This document shows, in pieces, positions 49,444-57,425 of a stretch of 64,000 nucleotides of DNA. Origin of the DNA: a virus. Numbering within the stretch: position 1 is the stretch's first letter; every line of letters starts with the position of its first letter. A program made the position numbers and the translations under genes. The notes under the pieces are model-generated. The model saw nothing but the letters and a program-made list of their open reading frames with translations. It did no database searches and had not been told where the DNA came from. The DNA lies in the IMG/VR virus record IMGVR_UViG_3300036851_000218, positions 17,402 through 81,401 of that record, one strand, 5' to 3'.

Positions 49444-49472
49444 ATTATACCACAATATGTTCTATTTGTAAA
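49444..49472 (-). promoter_or_regulatory. Sigma70-type promoter of the lysis cassette
   Basis: TTTACA-17-TATAAT with extended -10 TG, followed by an AGGAG RBS. Confidence 0.7.
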
Positions 49473-49489
49473 GGACTTACATTTCAAAA

Positions 49490-51100
49490 CTATAACAAAT
49501 AGGGGCTTTTGATCCGGCGGACTGTCGAACCTTGTATAGAAGCCCCTAAATGTTGGACGACGATAGCTACAGCGTCTAAGCAGTCATCATGACGTGCTAC
49601 ACCGAAGTTCATAGCTTCGGATGCGAAGAAACGATATGCGTCACAGTCTTTGTTAAAGAACACACGGCCTGTATTACATAGTCTGGCTAAGTTTTCAGTA
49701 CGGTGGCCTTTGTCACCAATCGGCGGGATAGGGTTAATCGGTAGATGTGGGTATTTGTCAGATATAGTAAATTTCATTACGGTCTGGAAAGCGACTTTCT
49801 CGATTAAGACTTGGTTGACTTTACCCCATTTATTCGCTACGTTATTTACAAACCCTGCCATCTGTTCGACAGTCTGTTCGGGGGTAGTTTTGATACGTAG
49901 CATGTCCAAAATAAATAAGTTTCGATCTTTGTCTGCGCCGACAGCAGCGAATACCGTAAAGTCTGCGTCGGATTTAATAGAGATGGCGAAGTCTGTACCA
50001 ACATGGATTGATACCAGATCGTCCGGTTTAAGTGTTTCGGGTAGGGGCTTCATTAAGCCGTCGGGCAGAAACTTGGCATTGACAAACGCCGTTGGGTCAT
50101 TTAAATACATGACTTTGAACAACGTATCGTTGTCCATTTCAACCCGTTTGCGTTCCAGCTTCTCAACAGGCCAGTATTCAGGCCAGTAAGACATCGGTGT
50201 ACCATCGGGCGCATAACGCAGGGCGGAGATTTCAATGGTGTGCCAGGATGGATTATTTTTTAATTTTTCAGGTACGTCTTCGGGCATCCAGCGCGTACCA
50301 ATATTAATAACCTTAGCCTCTTCTTTAACGCATGGAATAAGTGTGCGGATAAGATACTCGTAAACTTCATCTTGCAGTTCGGCTTTCAGGTAGGCTTCGT
50401 CAATAATGTCGTCCAGAACCATCAGGCCAGAAATACGTCTACCAATAATGCCTTTACCGCCCGAACCGGACACATACAGGGTCGGGTCTTTCAGTGAACC
50501 GTGACGGGTCAGGATCGAACGCCACGCATTGTAGGACAATGACTTGGCTTTCATGGTTTTAGGATCAAACAGACCGTCGGCATAGATGGAGAATTCCTGG
50601 ATGGTGTTGCGCTGGCGTTCATCGACCTTAATCCAGGGGAATACGTTGTGGAAACGGGTGTTATCGCGGAAAATACCGCGAATCATCTCAAGACGGGCTT
50701 CGGCTTGCTTAGCGGACACCGAAATAATGACATTCGATGTCAGGGGGAAACGGGCAATAAACCAAGCCATCGAATACATTGAAATGGTGGTTTTAGCACT
50801 ATCGCGGGGTGCGATAATGTTCAAACGGAACTTATTATCTTTTTTACCCTGTTCGGAAAAGTCAAAGATCGACTGCATCCACAGGCGGTGGTGTTTGGCT
50901 GGCGCTAAACCCGTTACGTACTCAATAAAGAAAGCCGGATCAACCCGACTTTTATCAATCCACCACTTTTCCGCCCGAAGTACCGTTACAAAACGTTTTT
51001 CACGGGGTCTTCCAGTTGAAGGGTCTAATGGAACAGCAGGAATAGGGGGTTCACCAACATACGGGGTCTTTGCGTCAGACGGGCTAAGTATCTTCGTCAT
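49490..51100 (-). CDS. terL: Terminase large subunit
   Basis: APRDSAKT Walker A, GRRISGLMVLDD Walker B, IGTRW, GTDFA...DFT, HDDCLDA nuclease motif. Confidence 0.93.
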   Translation of the reverse strand: MTKILSPSDAKTPYVGEPPIPAVPLDPSTGRPREKRFVTVLRAEKWWIDKSRVDPAFFIEYVTGLAPAKHHRLWMQSIFDFSEQGKKDNKFRLNIIAPRDSAKTTISMYSMAWFIARFPLTSNVIISVSAKQAEARLEMIRGIFRDNTRFHNVFPWIKVDERQRNTIQEFSIYADGLFDPKTMKAKSLSYNAWRSILTRHGSLKDPTLYVSGSGGKGIIGRRISGLMVLDDIIDEAYLKAELQDEVYEYLIRTLIPCVKEEAKVINIGTRWMPEDVPEKLKNNPSWHTIEISALRYAPDGTPMSYWPEYWPVEKLERKRVEMDNDTLFKVMYLNDPTAFVNAKFLPDGLMKPLPETLKPDDLVSIHVGTDFAISIKSDADFTVFAAVGADKDRNLFILDMLRIKTTPEQTVEQMAGFVNNVANKWGKVNQVLIEKVAFQTVMKFTISDKYPHLPINPIPPIGDKGHRTENLARLCNTGRVFFNKDCDAYRFFASEAMNFGVARHDDCLDAVAIVVQHLGASIQGSTVRRIKSPYLL

Positions 51101-51686
51101 TGGAGAGGTCTAATTTCTCAAGCTGCTTCTCGACAGCTTCAATACGTGAGGCCATACCGCCTTCTGACGGCAATTTGATGGGGGAAGCGGCATAAATATC
51201 TTCTAGCTGGATCGTCTCGCCCGACATCCAATCTTCTTGGAGGTTTTCGAGTGCCGTAGCATAGTGAGGGCTGTTTCCAGTGATCGTTTGTTCGAATTTT
51301 TCGACTTCGATAGTTATGGCTTCGCTGTTATCTTGTTGGGGACGAATGGTTTTTGCCCATTCAATTTCGAGTTTGGTTATATCGGTGAGGGCTTTGATTG
51401 CGCGGAGGTCGCCGTTTGCTACAGCAGGCCAGATTTGTTTGAGGGCAAATTCGAGACGGCCTACGTTGATGAGCGCCATGTTTTCCGTTAATTCCATCAT
51501 GCGGAAGCTGAAATCACTTTTCTGGTTGTTTAAGTGATACTCAACATTTTGGCGGGTTACACCCAGGGCTTCGGCTATTTCCGAAGTAGGCATCCCGCCA
51601 AGATACATATCAAGAATGTCGTTTACGGTCTTTACGCGCTCCAACGCCTGTCGGTCTTCGTTTGCTTTTTGGTGTTGAACGGGCAT
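51084..51686 (-). CDS. terS: Terminase small subunit (HTH)
   Basis: GMPTSEIAEALGVTRQNV HTH; directly upstream of terL; AAGGA RBS at start 51686. Confidence 0.7.
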   Translation of the reverse strand: MPVQHQKANEDRQALERVKTVNDILDMYLGGMPTSEIAEALGVTRQNVEYHLNNQKSDFSFRMMELTENMALINVGRLEFALKQIWPAVANGDLRAIKALTDITKLEIEWAKTIRPQQDNSEAITIEVEKFEQTITGNSPHYATALENLQEDWMSGETIQLEDIYAASPIKLPSEGGMASRIEAVEKQLEKLDLSNDEDT

Positions 51687-51969
51687 ATTGTTTCCTTGTG
51701 GACATGTATACTTCGAGGGCGATTGCGCCCCGAACGGTGAAATCTGCCTGTCCATCGGGGGTAAAGTACATACACCCTTTGCGCACCAGCCAGTAGATTT
51801 TATACTTATCGCGGAGATCACCTTTTTCTACATGGTACATGAGTTTCTGTGCCTTGTAGCTAACAGGTTCATCCAGTTCGGCTTGCATTTCCTGAATCGG
51901 ATTAGCGGGGGTTACTTCGGGGATAGATTTGAGTCCTTCAATTTGTTCGTCAGTGAAATCGTGGCTCAT
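51610..51969 (-). CDS. Hypothetical protein
   Basis: 119-aa ORF, TAATG-coupled. Confidence 0.55.
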   Translation of the reverse strand: MSHDFTDEQIEGLKSIPEVTPANPIQEMQAELDEPVSYKAQKLMYHVEKGDLRDKYKIYWLVRKGCMYFTPDGQADFTVRGAIALEVYMSTRKQYARSTPKSKRRPTGVGARKDRKRHS

Positions 51970-52397
51970 TAAATAGCATCCTCTGTGTAAACATCGATTA
52001 AACGTAAAGTCGCTTTAGATACGCGGTGCGCCAGCTTTTGGTAGGGCAGCGATACAACATTGCCCAGGCTGGTGCGCCAATTAGTCGGTTGGTTGCTGTT
52101 CCCTGGTCGCGGGCCGAGCCATTCGATGCCCCATTCCGCCGCCAATTCGTGGTAGGCCGACTCTTTCAAAACCATATTGGTTTGACAGATGCAGCCATGC
52201 TCTTTCAGATAAACAGCGCGGTAAGTTTTGTAATGTTCCTTGTTACAACCTGGATTATTACACACCCACCACGTTTTATCAAAAACCGACATGGGGGCGA
52301 CTTTGCCAGTGAAAGTCAACCCCCGCGATTGCGCCAGTTCTTCATATTCTTGCGTATTCTTAGAACTTCTACCCATTCTTCTCTCGCATCCATTCAA
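51969..52397 (-). CDS. Two-repeat zinc-ribbon-like DNA-binding protein
   Basis: Duplicated Y.ELA...G..(F/W).G..P......T.W unit with Cys/His residues. Confidence 0.55.
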   Translation of the reverse strand: MNGCERRMGRSSKNTQEYEELAQSRGLTFTGKVAPMSVFDKTWWVCNNPGCNKEHYKTYRAVYLKEHGCICQTNMVLKESAYHELAAEWGIEWLGPRPGNSNQPTNWRTSLGNVVSLPYQKLAHRVSKATLRLIDVYTEDAI

Positions 52398-52647
52398 TCC
52401 CTGCTGGATTGCGGCGGCTGTGGGCTATCTGATATAATTTTATCCACACGCTTAACTCAGGTGCGCCAACTTCGAGCAGGTGCTTAATTTCATTCAAATA
52501 AATCAAACGAGACAACTTATCATCGGGAAACAGGACTTTCAAGTTCGCTAGTATAACCTCTGATTCATCGTCATCGAAAAGAAAGTTGTCGGCTACGGTC
52601 TCCGCGCTAGGCCATACTTTATAAAAGGTATGATTATGATCCTGCAT
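52369..52647 (-). CDS. Hypothetical protein, first gene of the leftward arm
   Basis: Follows a consensus promoter. Confidence 0.55.
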   Translation of the reverse strand: MQDHNHTFYKVWPSAETVADNFLFDDDESEVILANLKVLFPDDKLSRLIYLNEIKHLLEVGAPELSVWIKLYQIAHSRRNPAGIEWMREKNG

Positions 52648-52685
52648 CTTCCCTACTTAAATATACTTGTAAATAATTATGTCAG

Positions 52686-52714
52686 ATTATATCACAATTT
52701 AACATCCATGTCAA
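52686..52714 (-). promoter_or_regulatory. Consensus sigma70 promoter for the packaging/structural arm
   Basis: TTGACA-17-TATAAT on the minus strand. Confidence 0.8.
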
Positions 52715-52870
52715 GAGCCGACTCACCCCTTTCATACACCGTCTGCACAATTTCCCTACAATGTCCTGACATCTTATATACAGAGCTTATACCATGCCGC
52801 TATAAGGGCGGACGAAGTGGATGCAGTGCGATAGCATTGTGGTGAATTGTCAAGAAATTGTTAAGATTGT

Positions 52871-53082
52871 CGCGGGGATCGTGGTAAATATAAGCAGGAA
52901 AAGCCCAAAAGAACAATTGATCTATTAATATCCCTATTAACTTATGGTCTCGAAAAACATAATATATTATTAAGTGATTCGAGACCATAAGTTAATAGGG
53001 ATATTAATAGCTATTTCAAACACGTGTACTACATATATGTTTACATATGCACTTGGTCAGTTTGAAGACTAACGGCATTAGT
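52871..53082 (-). repeat. Long imperfect inverted repeat, copy 1 (contains a 33-bp perfect hairpin, 52922-53010)
   Basis: Reverse complement aligns to 57139-57354; 55-bp identical core at 52943-52997. Confidence 0.9.
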
Positions 53083-53289
53083 TATTAAATAAATTTAACA
53101 ATTGACTACCTTATATGATGTTTAGCTATGCTAATTATATTATATACTACATCTTTACAATTTCTTGACAATTCCATTAATAATTAGGCTCAACCGCCCT
53201 ACCCTGCTGCTGTTTTAGTACCATTTGTCACCCTGCACGGGGAACATTTATCCGTATGGGAATAAACCCTGAATAGTGGGGCAGGGGTA

Positions 53290-53318
53290 TTGACTTGTAC
53301 ATATATGTGTGATATAAT
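53290..53318 (+). promoter_or_regulatory. Sigma70-type promoter
   Basis: TTGACT-17-TATAAT. Confidence 0.75.
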
Positions 53319-53356
53319 GTTACTAACTTACTAGCTATTAATTAAAGGCGAACATA

Positions 53357-53602
53357 ATGCCTGATGATACTACACAGACTGAGGTTATATATCCTACTTC
53401 ATTTACTGATCTTAAAATTGGACGGAAGTTTCATGCCGTCAATCTGCGTCTGAACCGCGACCTGCCAGTAGAACGACAAATATCGGATTGGATTCGTCAA
53501 GATTTAGCGGATGGGGTGAACCTGTCCAAAAAGATTAAGATTCTTTTGTACGCCCATTATTTGGAGAAGTTACAAGTTGAGACTGCAACCGAAGGAGACT
53601 GA
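53357..53602 (+). CDS. Putative ribbon-helix-helix DNA-binding protein
   Basis: Alternating strand AVNLRLN followed by two amphipathic helices (QISDWIRQ; NLSKKIKILL). Confidence 0.45.
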   Translation: MPDDTTQTEVIYPTSFTDLKIGRKFHAVNLRLNRDLPVERQISDWIRQDLADGVNLSKKIKILLYAHYLEKLQVETATEGD

Positions 53603-53840
53603 GTTGATTATCCCCACCATTTTAAAGCCGCCGGAGTTGGCTGCTATCCGTGAACGAGTACAGGAATTGATTATTTTCTGGTCAAAATATTATATGTTTG
53701 AAACAATTGCCGACATGCCGCAGTACGTGCAGGATGCTGCTGCGCTGCTCGGACATATTGACGCGCTTGAAATCGACAAGGAGCAACCTAATGGAAGTAA
53801 CGTACCTGGACAAGAAATACCCGCTGGCTCTGACAGTTGA
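53577..53840 (+). CDS. Hypothetical protein
   Basis: ORF in operon; start uncertain. Confidence 0.5.
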   Translation: MRLQPKETELIIPTILKPPELAAIRERVQELIIFWSKYYMFETIADMPQYVQDAAALLGHIDALEIDKEQPNGSNVPGQEIPAGSDS

Positions 53841-54135
53841 CGAATATAACTGCTATCAATTTGTCACTAAGGCGGATGATGGCAGAATATTTTACAGTAT
53901 TAAGTACCGACCTATTTTCCGCTATGGGTCTATCCTACCTGCTAGACCCCATATCGAATTTATTTACGAAACACAAGTCACGGTCAAAGCCAATAACGGT
54001 TTGCAGGTTCACCGCAAAACCCAGGATTTAATCCGACTTTTTGAAATGGTTCGTATGCACAATTTATTTGTACAGTCTGTATTTCAGGAGGGCAAAGATG
54101 TCACTGACATTCGATCAGACGTTCCTACAGATTGA
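53791..54135 (+). CDS. Hypothetical protein
   Basis: AAGGAG RBS before ATG 53791. Confidence 0.6.
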   Translation: MEVTYLDKKYPLALTVDEYNCYQFVTKADDGRIFYSIKYRPIFRYGSILPARPHIEFIYETQVTVKANNGLQVHRKTQDLIRLFEMVRMHNLFVQSVFQEGKDVTDIRSDVPTD

Positions 54136-54313
54136 CGATCAGACTACCATTCGTGCTAATTCCATCATCCGAGTTTATCAAGGTGAAGAAAAGTACGTAG
54201 ACCGAAAGTATATCGTGATTACGCAATCGGATGGAACAAAATACACTATAGGCGACGAAGATAAAATGAAAAATTTTTTATTATTTTTCGCTCCATTCGT
54301 GATAGCTATCTGA
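54098..54313 (+). CDS. Hypothetical protein
   Basis: AGGAGG RBS before ATG 54098. Confidence 0.6.
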   Translation: MSLTFDQTFLQIDDQTTIRANSIIRVYQGEEKYVDRKYIVITQSDGTKYTIGDEDKMKNFLLFFAPFVIAI

Positions 54314-54571
54314 AATTTTTTATATATTCGAAGAAGGTGCTTAACGGGATTCCGGAGGGGGCCTTCTGAAGTTATAAGATATTTTTCGATAAGATATGTT
54401 AGTACAAACTATATTTACATCTTCGATCACATCGTTTAATAACATATTCACTTACACTTTCATCTACAATGTAATCACATTTTATAATACACACTATGCA
54501 AAAGAAAACACTACTATATAGTAGTGCTGTATATTATACTATGTGGTATACGCTATATGCGTATTATGATT

Positions 54572-54766
54572 CTATAGTGCTAGTACGTTGCGGATATGTT
54601 CTTTCATGTAGAGTCGTAACTCACTAGGGTTAATGGGACTCATGCCGTTATGTTCGGCTATCTTGTTTTCAATCAATGCCGTTACTTGTTCACTGCTAGC
54701 GCCATTGCGTATTGCAACGATGATAGGCGTACACATGAGGCAGATTGCAGTTTGTAAGTAGGTCAT
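54572..54766 (-). CDS. Hypothetical protein
   Basis: AGGAG RBS before ATG 54766. Confidence 0.55.
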   Translation of the reverse strand: MTYLQTAICLMCTPIIVAIRNGASSEQVTALIENKIAEHNGMSPINPSELRLYMKEHIRNVLAL

Positions 54767-54831
54767 AATATAGTCTCCTGTAGTATATGCCCCTATACGG
54801 TATTGCATAGGGGCTATTCAATTGTAGAGTC

Positions 54832-55626
54832 TTACTTTTGCAGTAAGGCTAGAATTTGAGCGAGTCCGCTTTCGAGTCCGGCGACTCGTTCTTCAACGGT
54901 TGCGGGAGTCGTCGGCTCAACTTTTGCCGATGCTTTCGCCTTGCGTGTTTTCTTTTCGCTAGCGATAGGCGCAACCGATTCAGCTTTCGGAGTTTCTACC
55001 ATGATTGCGTTGAATGAGTTGTCTGATACAAACTTGACCACGCTCATTGTAAACGTGCCGATTTTAAATTGTTGACCAACGTACTTAATTGACTTAACGC
55101 CTAGTGGCATGACGTTGATTCGATATGAGCCATCGGTTAACCGTTTAACTACTTTGTAGTTTCCACCCTCAAACTTGAAAGTAGTATTATCATTCAACGT
55201 TTCCGGTTTGCCGTATGGCGCAACCTTGCTGGATGTTTTCGCCGGAGTCGGTTCTGGCGTGTTGTCTGATTCGTACTCATCGCGTTTAGCTTGTACTGCC
55301 GCTTTCGCTAATTCTGTGCTAGCCTTATCCCCCATATTCGAGTCCATACCTTGCTGGTATGTTGTGGTGAATAGGTCAGCACATTCTGCTTCAAGTTCGA
55401 ATAGTTTGATTAATTCTGCTTTCGGCATAGTCGCAGCATGTTTACGCGCCAGTGTAGCGCACAACTTATACCCCCAGTGTTTACCGAACGAACGATAGAG
55501 TCCCTTGTCGGTTATGTCCTCACCCATAAGGGTTAGTGCAATAGCGGTCTTAGCGCCATTACCCAATTTTAGAACGTTGATAAATTCCGACAGGCTTTTT
55601 GCGTTGGTCGCCACCGATGAAACCAT
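54832..55626 (-). CDS. Lys/Ala/Thr-rich early protein with C-terminal coiled coil
   Basis: TAAGGAG RBS; 264 aa; followed by a hairpin near 54789-54814. Confidence 0.75.
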   Translation of the reverse strand: MVSSVATNAKSLSEFINVLKLGNGAKTAIALTLMGEDITDKGLYRSFGKHWGYKLCATLARKHAATMPKAELIKLFELEAECADLFTTTYQQGMDSNMGDKASTELAKAAVQAKRDEYESDNTPEPTPAKTSSKVAPYGKPETLNDNTTFKFEGGNYKVVKRLTDGSYRINVMPLGVKSIKYVGQQFKIGTFTMSVVKFVSDNSFNAIMVETPKAESVAPIASEKKTRKAKASAKVEPTTPATVEERVAGLESGLAQILALLQK

Positions 55627-55695
55627 TGATACAAGACTCCTTATAGAATTTGTGTAAACGTTGTAACGATATTGTACAACGTAGGGATACCGAAT

Positions 55696-56100
55696 TTAGT
55701 ATGATGCTTCGGGATTAACCGGAAACAATGCTGACATCAGATATACAATGTATGCTGCAACGATGAGTCGCGCTACGATGAGTCTAATTGTGCGGACGGC
55801 GTTCAGGACATGATAGCGGATAACGATTCCGCGATACCAGACTCGAACCTTAACCGGAATAACGATTAAGGTTACTTGGTGCTTAACGCTTGCCAGCATA
55901 CGGCGTACACGTGCTACAATCTGGCGCACAACGTACAGTGTCGCCATGATTTTAACGGCGGTATGAACTACCTTAACCGTTTCGTCTGAGTAGTTTTCGT
56001 TTACATATACCTTGCGCGTGTTTTGTTTGGCGCGTTGGTCGTAACGATAGTTCAAAACGAGTCCGGTGATTTTCGCTTGTAGTTTCTTGATGGGGTTCAT
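55696..56100 (-). CDS. Basic/hydrophobic hypothetical protein
   Basis: AGGAG RBS; first gene after a consensus promoter. Confidence 0.65.
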   Translation of the reverse strand: MNPIKKLQAKITGLVLNYRYDQRAKQNTRKVYVNENYSDETVKVVHTAVKIMATLYVVRQIVARVRRMLASVKHQVTLIVIPVKVRVWYRGIVIRYHVLNAVRTIRLIVARLIVAAYIVYLMSALFPVNPEASY

Positions 56101-56163
56101 TAGATTTTCTCCTGATTAGAATTTGCTAGTCGGTTTGTTGCTGCCGTCTCTTGGCTTATTTAT

Positions 56164-56193
56164 ATTATATACCCTATCGGCAAACCGTGTCAA
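56164..56193 (-). promoter_or_regulatory. Sigma70 promoter (leftward)
   Basis: TTGACA-18-TATAAT. Confidence 0.7.
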
Positions 56194-56668
56194 GCATTTG
56201 TAAAGATTTCCTAGACAAATCTTTACAATTCCCTGACAACCTTTCCCGTGAGTGTTGGCGGAGTCTTGTCGTTTGTCGGCAATAGCTTGACATGGGGAGT
56301 CGTCCTACCGTAGACTCTTGGGTAGGGCAAGAACTGCCGTTCACATATACCGCATACGTACATATAAGGAGTCCGACCATGCACCAGGAAGAGTTTGTTA
56401 TTAATACATTATATGTCTATAAGGAATGGAATTAGCAGCGCCGAATAACTTATCAGTTTATAACACATCGTCCTGAATCCGCCGGTGCGTGGGAAAAAAA
56501 CTAGGCGCGTTTTTAGGGAAAAAGTGAGGTAAAAAACCTATCAAAAACTATCAATTATAGACACTATGTCTACTATCTTACACGATGTCCATAAAGTTGT
56601 GACAAAAAATGTCACAAAAATGTAAGCGAAATTGTGGCCTGACCCTGTAAATCTAAGGAGAAAAAATC

Positions 56669-56857
56669 ATGCTCTATATACCTGCAAATAAACTCGATCC
56701 GGTTGAATGGCTTATCTGTGACCTTAAGTGGGCGTTGATAGGGCGGATCAACGAAGAAATTCATCTGTGCGCTGTACAGGAAAAAGATTACAGCGATTTA
56801 ACAGACATGAAACAAGCGGTATATAAATTGGCAAAACCGTTCGCAACCCTTAATTAA
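56669..56857 (+). CDS. Hypothetical protein
   Basis: TAAGGAG RBS. Confidence 0.6.
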   Translation: MLYIPANKLDPVEWLICDLKWALIGRINEEIHLCAVQEKDYSDLTDMKQAVYKLAKPFATLN

Positions 56858-56952
56858 ATGTCCAAATGTTCGGACATTTGACATCAGCAAACTAACAGTT
56901 TATAGACACGGTGTCTACTAACGTACACTATGTACATAAGGAGTCCAGTATC

Positions 56953-57084
56953 ATGACCAAAAATTCCCCTACAAACAACAGCAGCGAATTGACCAAACAT
57001 GAATGGTTGCGCCAGCAAGTACGTGATGAAGTACGTAAAGCCATCCGATCTGGCAAACTGACGAAAAGACGGATTGTTAAATAA
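56953..57084 (+). CDS. Small basic protein (43 aa, absent from the ORF track)
   Basis: TAAGGAG RBS; MTKNSPTNNSSELTKHEWLRQQVRDEVRKAIRSGKLTKRRIVK. Confidence 0.55.
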   Translation: MTKNSPTNNSSELTKHEWLRQQVRDEVRKAIRSGKLTKRRIVK

Positions 57085-57138
57085 ATTTAACACGATTGTT
57101 AAATCGGCTTAACAATTGAAAATTCAATTCGGACAAAG

Positions 57139-57354
57139 CTAACATCATTAGCCTTCAAATCGGTCATGCTCATGTGTTTACATATATGTAATACATATGC
57201 TTGAAATACCTATTAGCAGTCATATTAACTTATGGTCTCGAATCACTTAATAATATATTATGTTTTTCGAGACCATAGTGTCATAGAACGTACTAATAGA
57301 ACAAGATTGACACCTATGGCTTTCCCTGCTATAATCTTTACCATGATCCCCGCG
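57139..57354 (+). repeat. Long imperfect inverted repeat, copy 2
   Basis: 55-bp core at 57223-57277 is the exact reverse complement of 52943-52997. Confidence 0.9.
57307..57335 (+). promoter_or_regulatory. Consensus sigma70 promoter for the rightward early genes
   Basis: TTGACA-17-TATAAT with extended -10 TG. Confidence 0.8.
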
Positions 57355-57425
57355 CCACATCGTCCTGACATTGCATCGACACCCTAAGCACACTGTATAT
57401 AAATCGTCTATAAGGAGTAAATAAC

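Noticed and set aside
52922-53010. Protelomerase (telRL) site or transposon terminal repeats
   Set aside because: The palindrome has a 23-nt asymmetric centre, and no protelomerase or transposase was recognised.
56597-56617. CRP/FNR or Rex box
   Set aside because: The TGTGA...TCACA spacing is 9 bp rather than 6; kept only as a generic operator.
56884-57093. 69-aa minus-strand ORF
   Set aside because: The + strand 43-aa ORF at 56953 has the strong RBS and matches the local gene orientation.
52700-57400. Possible CRISPR mini-array, tRNA or attP in the repeat-rich region
   Set aside because: No regularly spaced direct repeats with spacers, no cloverleaf recognised, and no integrase in the window.
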